64,000 nucleotides of DNA from Octopus bimaculoides. Taxonomy: Eukaryota. The notes under the pieces are model-generated. The model searched no databases and was not told where the DNA came from. It was given only the letters and a program-made list of their open reading frames with translations. Position numbers and translations under genes: made by a program. The stretch covers positions 19,134,712 through 19,198,711 of the forward strand of contig NC_068993.1 in assembly GCF_001194135.2 (NCBI RefSeq). Direction: 5' to 3'. The stretch's first letter is position 1; each line of letters opens with the position of its first letter. Of this stretch, positions 36,791 through 49,790 are shown piece by piece.

Positions 36791-37704
36791 TCAACATTTT
36801 ATGTTGCTTTGCTCCAGATCGTTTCCACTCCAGTAGACATGTGATGAAAACTGTTGTAGCTTTAAATAACCAGTCTTTAATTTAGATACAATTTATCTGG
36901 GATCGCATTGTCAAGAGTACCTTTTTAAAACAACTGTAAGGTGTGTTGTGGAGAAGATGTTACAATAATACTATATGTAAAGTTTCGAACAACAGCTTCG
37001 AGATTCCCTAAAGAGGTACTTTCTCTTTTGTTGATAATTGAGCAGTAGAGATTAGAGTTGAATCCATTGTTGGTGTTAATCGTAGTACGTTTAATGCTCG
37101 TCGGGTTTCTTCAGGTAATTTTTGTGTAATACTTGCAATTAGTGTCTCCGATTGTGTTTAGTAATATGAGATTTGTAGTATGAGTGCAGATACAAACTGT
37201 AAAATAGAATGTTTATAAGATGATATCAAGGGTATATTTATTCATCTAGATATTATTTTGGAAGGGAAATCTATTATATAGATTAATGCCATGATGCCTC
37301 AGTCGGTTTTTAATATTTGCATTTTCCTTATATGTTTTTGATGTTTGATTAAGAGAATTGGTGAAAGCTGTAGATAAGAAAAGGACATGTCACATTTCAT
37401 CTTGTGAATTTTATTATAGATTTTGGAAAACTGTATGAAAAGAGAGAAAAACATCAACTTGTAAATAACACTAAACTAAGTTTATCAATTGATTACAAAT
37501 TCTAGGCTTGGCCATCTCTGATGATCTTTTACGGTGACATATATACCATCACAAAGGCTGCGTCTGGAATGATAGAGCTCATTTTTCACGCCAGAAATTA
37601 CTTCCTTACTGCCTTACTTAACCTGTCTACTCTTGATAGAATAGAGTACACGTGTTTGGTATATCTTAAACCTGGCCGTTCATTACAGTCGATTTTTTCT
37701 AGCG

Positions 37705-37708
37705 AGAA

Positions 37709-37792
<84 letters not shown>

Positions 37793-37910
37793 GGAGAGAA
37801 TGAATGAGAGGGAAATAGATGGAGGGAGAAAGAGAGGGTGAGAGAGAAGGAGGGGACGAGGGAAAGAGTGGGAGAGAGAGACAGAGAGGAAATTGAGTGA
37901 GAAGAGAGAT
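37705..37910. repeat. (GA)n purine tract
   Basis: Read directly. Confidence 0.95.
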
Positions 37911-38009
37911 AAACAGGTACAACCATATTAAGGGTAAAATGAATCAATTCCAGTACTGGAACTAGTACATTATTTATCAACTTCGAAATGAGAGAATAAA
38001 AGAACGAAA

Positions 38010-38788
38010 AAGTAGTGGCTTGAGAGAGATTTGGCTGTTATTTCTGGTACGGCATTTTAACTGCTCACACTGCTATATATGAGGGTGCTCTTGATGTTGT
38101 TCATAATGTTACTACAGTTCTGATAACGTCCAATGCTGGTATCGTGCAGAAAATATTATACCCTACCGTGTTAGTTAAGGGATTTTTATACAATTTTGAC
38201 ACGTTACAGAGGTTATTGAGTGCAATGTAGGTTATTGTATAATAATAAATTATATTGCTGTGTAGTGTTGTAGCACAGTGCACTGAGTTGCATCAAAGTG
38301 TGGCTGCAAAATAACCAGGCCTCTGCGGAATGCATCACTGTGGGAATAGGAGCACCACTAACTACACTACTTCTGTTATTGTTTCCGTTCTGCGATTATT
38401 TGGATAGCTATCGTTGTTGCAGCACCCGCTGCCGTAATTGCAGCTGTTGCTATTGCTGATAAAATTACAGTAGTTGTTTAACCTTAACCCCTGGTTGGCT
38501 CGGATTCAGCAAACGTGAGAATAAAGGCCTCCAAACTAGGATCAACGTAAATAATTTCTAGACATTCGCAAATAGTGTGCCTCGTTCAATATTTCCGAAC
38601 GTCTTCTCTTTCAAAACGGCAAGTAGTGGCTTGAGGGAGATTTGACTGTTATTTCTGGCACGGCATTTTAACTGTTCACACTGCTATATATGAGGGTGCG
38701 CTTGATGTTGTTCATAATGTTACTATACGACTAATGTTACTACACTTCTGATAACATCCAATGCTGCTATCGTGCAGAAAATCTTATA
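38010..38788. repeat. Pair of about 150-bp direct repeats (38010-38160 and 38621-38788)
   Basis: aagtagtggcttgag.gagatttg.ctgttatttctgg..atcgtgcagaaaat.ttata occurs twice; the second copy has an extra 17 nt duplicating taatgttacta. Confidence 0.9.
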
Positions 38789-38799
38789 ACTTTAACTGC

Positions 38800-39125
38800 C
38801 AGTGCAGGCAACGTTTCTATATTGCTGTTGTCATTGTTATGATAATTAATGCAGCTACAGTTGTCACAGTATGCATTGTTGCTTCTCTTGTTGCTCTTGC
38901 GGTTATTACAGCTGATGTAGTTATTCTTGTGAATGCTTTTAATAACCATAGCAACACTATTATTGTTGCTATCGTTGTTGCTCCAGTTGTTACAATTGAT
39001 GTTATTAAAGCTGTCACTGCATAACGTGATTCTGTCATTGTTGCCATAGATATTACAATGGAAGCAGCTATAGTTTTCAGAACATGCACAGTTGCTATCG
39101 CTGTTACTATTATTAGAATTAATAA
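38800..39125. repeat. GTT/GCT/ATT cryptic trinucleotide low-complexity tract
   Basis: Read directly; source of the Val/Ile/Ala-rich and Asn-rich ORFs. Confidence 0.8.
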
Positions 39126-39132
39126 TAGTAAA

Positions 39133-39345
39133 GCAGCGAGGTGGCAGAAAACTTTGCACGCCGAGTGAAATGCTTAGCGGCATTTCGCCCGTCCTTACGC
39201 TCTGGGCACAAATTCCGCTTAGGTTATCATTGCATTTCATCCTTTCAGGGTCGATGAAATAAGTACCAGTTACGCACTGGGTCAATGGAATCGACTAGCC
39301 CCCTCTCGCGAAATTTCAGGTCTTGTGCTTATTGTAGAAATGATT
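39133..39345 (+). mobile_element. SINE family B copy
   Basis: ggtggcagaaactttgcacgccgagtgaaatgcttagcggcatttcg..catcctttcagggtcgatgaaataagtaccagttacgcactggg. Confidence 0.9.
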
Positions 39346-39365
39346 ATTAGAATTAATGTAAGTGT

Positions 39366-39548
39366 GGTGCATTGGTGGAATCGTTAGAGCGACGGTACTT
39401 CTTCTGGCAGTTTACATCCCGAGTTCAAATTCAGACATGATCAACTTTACTCTTCATTCGCTTGAAATAAAGTACTAGCATTGTATTAAGGTCGATATAA
39501 TCTGCTAAACTCTCATTCTGTCCATCGTCTTCTGCCTATGTTAGAAAC
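39366..39548 (+). mobile_element. SINE family B copy (old)
   Basis: tggtggaatcgttagagcg..gagttcaaattcaga..aaataaagtactag..ggtcgatataatc. Confidence 0.7.
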
Positions 39549-39749
39549 AATTAGTAGAGTTTATATAACTATTGCTGTCCCTGCAAGCAATGTTGCTATC
39601 GTTGTGGATATTATTAGAGGAGACGCAGATATTGTTGTCTAAGTTTATAGTGTTGTTATCGTCGCTGTTACTTTAATTAGAGGTGAGGTAGTTGTCAGTG
39701 TTAGCACTGCTGCAAATGTTACTAACGTTTTAATTACATTTGATGTAAA

Positions 39750-39960
39750 GGTGGCGAGCTGGCATAATCGTTAGCACGCCGGACAAAATGCTCAACAGTA
39801 ATTCATCCGTCTTTACGTTCGGAGTTCAAAATGCGCCGAAATCGACTTTGCATTTTGATCGGGAGCGATGAAATAAGTACCAAATCAGCATTGGGGTCGT
39901 TGTAATCGACTAGCCCCTTAAACCAAAATTTCACGCATTGTGCTTATTGTAGAATGAATT
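39750..39960 (+). mobile_element. SINE family B copy
   Basis: ggtggcgagctggcataatcgttagcacgccggacaaaatgct..gtctttacgttcggagttcaaa..tcgactttgc..ggggtcgttgtaatcgactagcccc. Confidence 0.9.
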
Positions 39961-40882
39961 ATTACACTTGACGTAACTATTGTTGTGATTACCTGCAGTG
40001 TTGCTATCGTTGTTGATGTTAAGTTTGCAGTTATTGTTCTTTAGTTCCAAATATTCCCTGAGTGTGCCTTCTTTTCTCAATCACACGATGTATTTGTGAC
40101 GACATTAACCAGCAAAACTTTTGAAAGGAGACGGTGATATTAATGTAATACGGACAATTGGCTACTATTGTTATACAACAAGGAACTACATAGAAGCTTA
40201 CTCGAAGGCATCTTGATTATTGCTGCCGTGGTTACCACTCTTATTTCTATGACTGCTGCTGCTTCTACTGTTGCAACTATAAATATTTCCCTCGTAGCTT
40301 TTGTTAGAGCTGAAATTTATCGCTATTATTCATGTTAGTGTTACTGATTTTTTTCTCACGCCATCCTTGATTCAATGGGCCTCGGTTCAAAATCATTCCA
40401 GCCGGGGCAAGACGATTCCCTCCTTTTACGATTATATGATGATTAAATTAACCACTGTGTCCTGTCCCTATACATGTTGGTAGAATATGATATTATGGAG
40501 ATTTAGCAGCTACTCCCAGAAATTCGGGCAACCACATAGAGATTTCTTTGATACTTCAGTAGGTTAAGTCCAGGTCAGCTATGATAATGCACATCCATGA
40601 TAAAAGGATTTCCAGTTAGGATTAAACCCTATTTCCGTATACCAGGGACTACCATATCTAATATATTCTTCCTTATATTTGGACGCCGGACATGATCCGC
40701 AGGTTATCTTGTAGCAGGCCGAGGAAGCACGTGGAGGAACTTACATTTTTTTCGTTCTTGTAACAGTTAGTGATATTCAAGTACGATTCTTTACTTTCTA
40801 AGTCTATTCTTATATCACCGATGTCGATTTTGCGTTTCATCCTTCAGGGTCAATAAAATATGTAGCAGTTTAATACTAAATA

Positions 40883-41064
40883 CTAGTTTCAAATTTTGGC
40901 AAAAGGGTAACAATTTCTGGGGAGGAAGTGATTCAATTATATCGACTCCAGTGTACAACTGGTACTCATTTTATCTACTCCGAAATAATGAAAAGCAAAG
41001 TCGACCCCTACAGAACTAAGAACGTATATACGGACAAAATACCGTACTAACGATTCTGCCAGCT
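40883..41064 (-). mobile_element. SINE family B copy
   Basis: tttcaaattttggc..atcgactccagtgtacaactggtactcatttt..gcaaagtcgacc..ctaacgattctgccagct. A plus-strand core fragment lies just before it at 40820-40870. Confidence 0.85.
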
Positions 41065-41072
41065 AAACATTA

Positions 41073-41261
41073 ATTTTAAATTTAGGCACAAGACCAGCAA
41101 TTTCGGATATTACATCAACTCCAGTATTCAGCTGGTACTTATTTTATTGACTCAGGAAGAATGAAAGATAAAGTCGACCTCGGTGGTATTTGAACTGAGA
41201 GCGTAAAAAATGGACAAAATACTGCGAAGTATTTTGCTTACGATTGTGCCAGATTACCGCC
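41073..41261 (-). mobile_element. SINE family B copy
   Basis: aggcacaagaccagcaatttc..ctggtacttattttattgac..aaagtcgacctcggtggtatttgaactgagagcgtaa..acgattgtgccagattaccgcc. Confidence 0.85.
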
Positions 41262-41850
41262 TTAAGTTTAGTATGAAATATTATCGATTGTCCCCCGTCT
41301 CCACTAATTTTCTGGCCTTGTGCTTTTATAAGAAATCACTTATTGCTTTTGACGTGATCGCGTCTTTATTGCTGTTGCTATCACAAATGTTAAACTACGG
41401 GAGTTATTGCGAATGCTGTTGTGCTAACTGTTGCTATTGAACACGCAAGCTCCAGTTGAGCAGACCATCACCAACAGTGTTTCAGCAATGACCGTCCCGT
41501 ATTTTTGAACACTAGAAAATGCATCGTCCAATGAGTCGTGTCCTTCCTTTCCTAAGACAGTAGGGAATAATTTAGGGAAATTCCATGTCCTATCTCTTGA
41601 AGATCACGTGTTTCAGAAACGCCTACTCATTGGCTTTGATATTAGCAGTTCTTTTCGTTTTTAACATAGGCACACACCCTGAAATTTTGAGAGTAGTGGT
41701 TAGTCGATCGTATCGAAGCCAGAGCTCAACGAGTACATATATCGTCGACTCTGAAAGGAAAAGTCAACTACAGCAGCATTTGAACTTAAAACGTGAAGAC
41801 AGACGTAATGCCAGATCGTTGCGATCTCTGGTGTTATCAATCATAATAAT

Positions 41851-42064
41851 GGTTTCAAATTTTGGCTTCAAGGTCAACATTTCGGGGGGAGAAGATATGT
41901 CGATAACATCGACTTCAGTGTTCAACAAGTACTTATTTTATCGACCCCGAAAGGAAGAAAAGCGAAGTCGACTCTGTCGGTATTTAAACTCAAAATGTAA
42001 AGTCAGACGAACTACTGTAAAGCATTTTGCCCGGCGTTGCTAACGATTTTGCCAACTCGCTACC
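41851..42064 (-). mobile_element. SINE family B copy
   Basis: gtacttattttatcgaccccgaaagga..gtcgactctgtcggtatttaaactca..gcattttgcccggcgttgctaacgattttgccaactcgc. Confidence 0.9.
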
Positions 42065-42078
42065 TTCTATACTATTTA

Positions 42079-42313
42079 TTTCTTTATCGACCACAAGGGG
42101 CTAAGCATAGAGAGGGCAAACAAGGACACACACACACACAGGGACTAAGCCTATAACACCGACCCCAGTGCGTAACTGGTACTTATTTAATCGACGCCGA
42201 AAGGATGAAAGGCAAAGTCAACCTCGGCGGAATTTGAACTCAGAACGCAACGGCAGACGAAGTACCGGTAAGCACTTCGTCCGGCGTGCTAACGTTTCTG
42301 CCAGCTCACCGCC
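42079..42313 (-). mobile_element. SINE family B copy with a variant 3' tail
   Basis: cgaccccagtgcgtaactggtacttatttaatcgacgccgaaaggatgaaaggcaaagtcaacctcggcggaatttgaactcagaacg..gctaacgtttctgccagctcaccgcc; the tail (cacaaggggctaagcatagagagg) differs from other copies. Confidence 0.9.
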
Positions 42314-42683
42314 TTGTCTACTATTAGTCGTAGTAACAATGTAAACGCTGAAGACGGACAAATAGTTCCCTTGCCGCCGCTTCTACTGCCGTTCTCTTTG
42401 TTGTTGCTCTCAGTACTGTTACTATTACGAGTTGCTATCTCTGCTGTCACACTCAGATCGCTTCTCATTACTATCACCACAGCGCTTAGATCTTTTATCA
42501 CTGTTGTCGTGGTTGTAAATTTTTATAGTATTTTTTTTTTATATCGGATTTCCATGGTTCGTTTCCTTGAAGAATAACAGGAAATCTCATGTAATTTCCA
42601 GTTCATTTATTTCAAAGAGAATTCATGTAAAAATATATTTTAGCACTTTGGGGTATATATTCTCGATTCTATTTTTGCTTGTT

Positions 42684-42731
<48 letters not shown>

Positions 42732-43601
42732 TGCATACTTGCTTCTTTGTTTTTTTTTATTTTCCTTCTATATCAACATTTATCATATTTTAAAATTATC
42801 TTTGTTTATATTTTTATCTGTATTCTTGTATAGCTAAGCAAGTTCATTTCAGCAAAAAAAAAACAAAAAAAAAACATTACTTCCAGATATATCACAACCA
42901 CCACCATCATTACGACTCGTATTGTAGCTGCTTTAAATAATAATAATATCGATATCTCACATATGCACTTGGCCACGCATTTTATGGGAAGGGCATAATC
43001 TATTTAATCAATATCACAACATGAATTCCAGTACACCACACAAACTTCCGGCAAAAGGTGGAATTGGAACACAAGATAAAGGGAAGTAATACTAGAAAGC
43101 AGCTTGCTCTTAAAAGTGGTTGTCGTTTTATCGGCCGTAAGGGTGACGAATGATATTTATTTACGCTAAGTCAATTATGAAAACTACAGGCATGGAGACA
43201 CCAGTTTATAAGATGAATTCGCTGAGTCGTCGCAATAGAGAAGAGACACTTGTAGCCGCTCAAGGAACTTCATCAGGAAGTTGCTCATCCAAAAGGAAGT
43301 TACTCATCCAGCTATGTCTTCTGAGTTACAGATATATGGTGAAGGTAAGTCCGCTTGAGAAGAGTAAACTGCCTGCTTTTTTCTCGAAATGAGAAAGGCG
43401 ACAATGGTTGATACTTACTTAGACTTGGTTAAGAAACGGTTCCATCTAGCATGGGCAAGCAAATGCTCAGAATATTACTATAAGGCAGTAGTGTACCGAT
43501 AATGAATGAGAAGAACGATTTGGCGGTTATGGAAGTAGAACCTTAGAAAGGTAGAAGTGCTACCATCGAATTTATGCAATTACACACACACACACACACA
43601 C

Positions 43602-43651
<50 letters not shown>

Positions 43652-43847
43652 ATCTATATCTATCTATATATATATATANNNNNNNNNNNNNNNNNNNNNN
43701 NNNNNNNNNNNNNNNNNNNNNNNNNNNNNNNNNNNNNNNNNNNNNNNNNNNNNNNNNNNNNNNNNNNNNNNNNNNNNNNNNNNNNNNNNNNNNNNNNNNN
43801 NNNNNNNNNNNNNNNNNNNNNNNNNNNNNNNNNNNTATATATATGTA

Positions 43848-43897
43848 TAGGCGTAGGAGTGGCTGTGTGGTGAGTAGCTTGCTTACCAACCACATGG
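43848..43897 (+). mobile_element. SINE family A head (truncated)
   Basis: taggcgtaggagtggctgtgtggtgagtagcttgcttaccaaccacatgg. Confidence 0.75.
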
Positions 43898-46800
43898 AAA
43901 ATTCATTCAATAACTGTAATATAATTTAAACAATTTGTTTATGTACAAGAGATTTGTTTGCTTTCCTCTTCTGTTATATGCAATCTCAGTATATAACTGA
44001 TTTACTGTTTCAGTTACTAATATCAATGACCAGGTTTAGTTTCAGAGACTGAAAAAACCTGGATGTCCTGTTGCTATCGAGTTTCCAGTAGTTTTCAGTG
44101 GCACTGCACCTCTTACAGGGAGCCACGTTTAATTCTATGGGACAACATTATTACGTAGAGACACATGCGTGTAAAAGCATCCAGTGTCCTCGAATCTAAA
44201 ATCATTGATCGTAGTGTAAATATTTTGGAATTCTAATGTGCAACTTAAACACACAAACCAGCTTATATTCCCAGATATATTGTTTCTGAAAATTGTTATA
44301 AATACCACAATTAAAAGAAGGCAGCAGTGGCTGAGTTGTAGAGACCGATAGAATGTAACCTCAAATAATTCCGGTATTTACTTTTATCGGAGTTTGAATC
44401 CAACCGGAGATGCTTTCTAAATTCGTCCATCTGATGTCTACGAAACATGTAACGGTCTTACTATTACTTATAATGGAATCATTTACTTAATATTATAAGA
44501 AATCATGCTTAATATTATATTTCACATATTAGTAGAGATGCACGATAGAGCAGAATGGCACTGAAAAACATACATTATTAGAAGAATGAGGGAAATAAAA
44601 GAGTTGTAACTTCAAAGAATTGAAACCAGGTGACGCTCTCAGATGACTGGGAACATATCTCATTGATTGTCATTACTATTTTGTTCTTTGCATTAACTCC
44701 AAAAATCCTGTAATTCAAATGAGGGAAATTGGAAATGAGCAATGTCCAGACATTTCCCATACACATTAGCTGTGTATGCAAACAACATGGGTTCAACCAC
44801 GTTAGGAACAGCGACGTAATCTAGGTTTTATGGATAACTGACAAAAACTTTTCTCACATAAAATAATGCAAAAAGAATTAATATGAGAGAGGAATGAGGT
44901 AACGAAATGTTAAAACCACTGATAACGGTCGGAAAAGAAAGAAAGAAATAGTAAAAGAGAAATGAAAATGCGTCAAAGTGTCGTCTCTCAGTCAAAGACT
45001 TCTATTTTACATTAACATGATCATAGAATGATCTCTGCTTAACAAAGATGTTTAAATAGATCGAAGGTTGTCTTAAATATTATTGCTTAAAAGGCTTTGA
45101 CTTATTCAGGAAACAAAATGAAATTTACTCATTAATTAGAAAGAAAAATAATTAAAAAAAAATGAATGGTGATAATAGAATCGAGTAAATTCTCTTAAAC
45201 ATCTTCACTAAATTTACTGTTACATTATTGACTAGGTATCCATTAAATTTGCATTATAAATCACATTCTCTAAGCGATATAGAATTCGTAATTAATTAAT
45301 TAATTAATTAGCTGTATCATGTTTGAAGCTCTTTATTTGTTACTACATTTTATTTGGCTATTTACGTATAAATATAAGAAATCATTCTTTACCTTATCTT
45401 TTCTTCTGTAATACATTTTCATGTAATATTCAGCAAAGCATTCTCAATGTTTATACAGCTTAGAAAAATTAGGGGACCTGATGATATTCCAATGAAAGCT
45501 AATACTTTCCAAACAGTGACATATTTAATGAATTAATAATGTCACACAGAATAGGTATAAATATGGGAAATGGACCTACAAATATTCACTATTTCAGCAA
45601 TCACTGAGATGTTTTCGTTTTGTAGGTTTCAAATGAAAGGCATGTATCTATTTATACAGGATGTACGTAATTTCCCCCAGAAAAGATCTATACATGTCCT
45701 TTTGTTTCAGTCAACAAAAACCATGCAGCATTAATTACCGTATCAATAAGCATAAGGAAATATCCAGGTGGAATTTGAACTCACGTTTCACGTGTCGACA
45801 GTCAAACAATTTATATATTTGGCCATTGTAACAATTACATTCTCTATAAAAACATTTTCAACTACATTTATCATGTTCCGTACCATTCTGGAAATGCCAA
45901 AAGTCTTGTTCAGAAAATTAATTTCCTTCTGTGAGTGGTTAAAGATGAGCAACGTCGAATCGTGGCTGCATATGTTCTCTTTATACTAGTTCACTCCAAT
46001 ATCCATCTAGACTAATTTCCAACTGAATGTTTGGTTAAAACAGTCGCGATAATAGTCAGTTACTTTCAGATCGCCTGGATAGAATTCGTCCAAGGTTGTC
46101 TAAATGTTTAGGAGGAAGGGAAATCACTGTATTTATGAATTCTGCCACAATATTTATTCTTCGACAGACAACGGTGATCACTAAGGTAATAGCTTCCAGA
46201 TAAATGGTTTCTGTGCAGATGAATAGAATTTCTTATTTTGCTGTTAATTGTTTCATTTTAAAACGAAGTTTAAGAAAACTGAACATGAAATAGGAATAAG
46301 GTTTCTCTTTTCGAATCAGATTTAATCAAAAGATAGAAAAGTGAAATCTAATGTTGGTAACATTGCAAATCTATTTTAACACAATTCAATGTATGAATAA
46401 TTTAATTTGTCTCTGATGTCTCTAAACAGCGAATCTATTGTGCAAACTAACATTATTAACGAGACTGTATCAATGAAATATGCCGAAAGAGAAACTCTAT
46501 GGAGTGCGTTTGTGCTCGTAGCTGTGGAGAATTTATCACGTGGCAATCAACTATTCATGCAGCTCACTAATCTGGGAAGGGAAAAAAAAGAAAACGAATA
46601 AAGAAAACCATTGGCAACCTGGTATCATTTAGTCTTCTTCCTTTTCTTCATTCTTTCTCAGTTTCTTTGTTCATTCATTCTTAGGACAATAACAATGATC
46701 AATGGTATTGCCGATTCAAGTATTCCAAGCATATTCTGAGATCGAGAAAGAAAGTCGAGAATGCCTAGAAAGCAATAAGATGAAAATACCTAGCGACTGA

Positions 46801-47049
46801 ATAAATTCTGCCGGGGTAAAATAAGACTTCTGAATAATTAAGGTCTAAAAGATCGGAACAGGTCAAGCGAATAGAATGTTAAAATCAGAATTTGATGGGT
46901 TTGATGCAGAAAATAACCACAGGTGAAGGGAAATAGAAAGAGAGAGAGAAGTAGGAAATAATTTCTAAAAGCCATACATCGGAAATTGAGAAGGGATATA
47001 GGTAATGGTGGGGACTGCTCTCAATGCTGATGTTTACGAAGACGTTAAA

Positions 47050-47710
47050 GAACTATGGCGACAGGAAGATAGTGATAGAGTGAGAGATTGGGAAAGAGAG
47101 AGAAGGAGAGACAGAAGGAGGGAGGAGCAAGAGAGGGACAGAATGGGAGAGATAGAGGGACAGAGAGAGAGAGAATGGGAGAGAGGAATGAGAGATCGAT
47201 CGAGTAAAAGTGAGATAGAGAGATAGAATGAGTGAGTGAGTGAAAGAATGAGTGGGGAAAATGAGAGATCGGGGGGAGAGAGCAAGAGAGGGATTGAGTG
47301 GTAGCGAGAGGGAAAGAGTGAGCGACAAGGAGACAGAGTTAGAGGGACAGAGAGAGAATGGTGAGATATATGAGAGATCAAGCAAGTGAGTGAGAGAGTG
47401 CGAGCGAAAGAGAGAGAGAGTGGGAGAAATAAAGAGAGAGACAGAGAGAGGAGAGATAGAAAGAGAGAGAGGAGAGAGAAAGAAAGAGAGAGAGGGAGAG
47501 AGTGGCAGCGAGACAGGGAAGAGGGACAGAGAGAATGGGTGACAAGAATGAGAGATCGGCCGATTAAGGGATTGAGAGAGAGAAAGAGAGTGACAGAGTG
47601 ACAGAGAGAGAGAGACAGGGAGAGAGACAGACAGACAGGAAGACAGAACGAGAGTAGAAGAGTAAGAATGAGAAAAGGTGAAAGACAAGAAGAGAGAAAG
47701 AGAAAGAAGT
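47050..47710. repeat. About 650-bp GA-rich polypurine low-complexity tract
   Basis: Read directly; recurring sub-blocks such as gagggacagagagaatggg and gaatgagagatcg. Confidence 0.9.
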
Positions 47711-48211
47711 TAAATAGTTAATGTGAGCAATGAATAAAAGGAAAATTCAATCGTTGTTTACCCATTCCAACCCCTCCCCACCACCAGCAGCAGTACCACC
47801 AGCACCACCACAACCATCGTCCTCTCCTCAACAACCTCCAATCTTCACTATACGTGGTAGCCTAATCCAACACAACAAATACCATAACACATGCTCATGA
47901 AAAGCAGGTTACATTTACATATAACAATGCATATATTGATTTGCTGTACGACGAAGTGAAGGCCGAGGTTTCACATAAGATCATCGCCGAGGAGAAATCT
48001 TACAAAGTACAAAATACGATTGTTGTTTTTAGTCTTTATTCGTTTCTGCTCTATGACGGTGATACAGCGTATCACTAAAACGTGCCTGTCCTCACTTGTA
48101 CGGCGTAATCATAGGCGTAGATTTTACTTAGATTGACAAAACCCTTTATGTCTTCAAAACACTGTGTGTTGGGCAACAGATATGGTACATGGAGCAATCA
48201 TATGTACCATT

Positions 48212-48342
48212 CATATCTGCGTCCAAAGCTACTTTTGGCCTACATATCTGCGTCCAAATTCATATCTGCGTCCAAAGCTACTTTTGGCCTACATATCTGC
48301 GTCCAAATTCATATCTGCGTCCAAAGATACTTTTGGCCTACA
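48212..48342. repeat. Higher-order minisatellite: 16-nt core CATATCTGCGTCCAAA five times in a 49-bp (31+18) period
   Basis: Units start at 48212, 48243, 48261, 48292 and 48310; spacers alternate gctacttttggccta and tt. Confidence 0.95.
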
Positions 48343-48482
48343 AGTGTGGTAGGCTTGATTCCTTTCTCAGTTTGATAATACTAACTGCGCCTTGTAGTAT
48401 TAGGAGTGAGTGCATGTACACAAACTCACACACACTCTTACACACAAACTCACACAAACTCAGGTTTCCGGTTTGAGAAAAC

Positions 48483-48590
48483 CTTCTTCTTCTTCTTCTT
48501 CTTCTTCTTCTTCTTCTTCTTCTTCTTCTTCTTCTTCTTCTTCTTCTTCTTCTTCTTCTCCTCCTCCTCCTCCTCCTCCTCCTCCTCCTC
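48483..48590. repeat. (TTC)n-(TCC)n microsatellite
   Basis: Read directly. Confidence 0.95.
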
Positions 48591-48989
48591 TACCTCTCTC
48601 CCAGTCTCGATCGCCATGCGAGATTAAAAACTGAAATGATTGTATAACAGCAATTAAAGATAACTACCACATATATGCGCATAGAAGACAATATTTTCAA
48701 TATTTCCCTATAAATCTCGAAAATCTACCGTGCGTCGTATTGCAGGTATGTTACATTGGTCATATGTAGGCAAATTCAGACATATGACTTATGCGTATAA
48801 ACATACAGACGTCTGTATACGAACTTGTACATATAAACTAACTAGCGACGCATGCTGAAAACTCATGGACAGAGACAAACAGAAACTTACAGAAATATTT
48901 ACATAAACTGACTTACACAAAACGAGAAACAACCACGCGTAAACGCCCACGAAATCTTCAGATGCGCTCGTAGTGTATATCTTCTAACA

Positions 48990-49790
48990 TGAACACACAC
49001 ACACACACACAGACACACACACACACACACACACACACGTACACACATACACACTCTCTCTCTCACTCACACTCACACACGCAAACACACACACACATAC
49101 ACACTCTCTCTCTCACTCACACTCACACACACTCACACACACAAACACAAACGCACACATCCACACTCTCTCACACACAATCACACACACACACTCACAA
49201 ACACACTCACACACTCAANNNNNNNNNNNNNNNNNNNNNNNNNNNNNNNNNNNNNNNNNNNNNNNNNNNNNNNNNNNNNNNNNNNNNNNNNNNNNNNNNN
49301 NNNNNNNNNNNNNNNNNNNNNNNNNNNNNNNNNNNNNNNNNNNNNNNNNNNNNNNNNNNNNNNNNNNNNNNNNNNNNNNNNACGCGAACACAACGCGCAT
49401 ACACGTACACACATACACACTCTCTCTCTCACTCACACTCACACACGCAAACACACACACACATACACACTCTCTCTCTCACTCACACTCACACACACTC
49501 ACACACACAAACACAAACGCACACATCCACACTCTCTCACACACAATCACACACACACACTCACAAACACACTCACACACTCAATGCGCACACACACTCA
49601 TGCTCACACACACTCATGCGCACGCACACTCATGCGCACACACACTCATGCGCACACACACTCATGCGCACACACACACTCTCCTCCACAAACACACAAA
49701 CACACAGACACACACACACATANNNNNNNNNNCGCACACACACACTCTCCTCCACAAACACACAAACACACAGACACACACACACATACG
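48990..49790. repeat. CA-rich complex satellite with two gaps and duplicated gap flanks
   Basis: Read directly; source of the His/Thr-rich ORFs. Confidence 0.9.

Noticed and set aside
45478-45497. CTGATGA-tattccaat-GAAA
   Set aside because: No viable stem II and no flanking stems; expected by chance in AT-rich DNA.
48212-48342. CRISPR-like repeat-spacer appearance
   Set aside because: Spacers are not unique (two alternating sequences, one only 2 nt), the core is 16 nt, there are no cas genes, and the context is eukaryotic.
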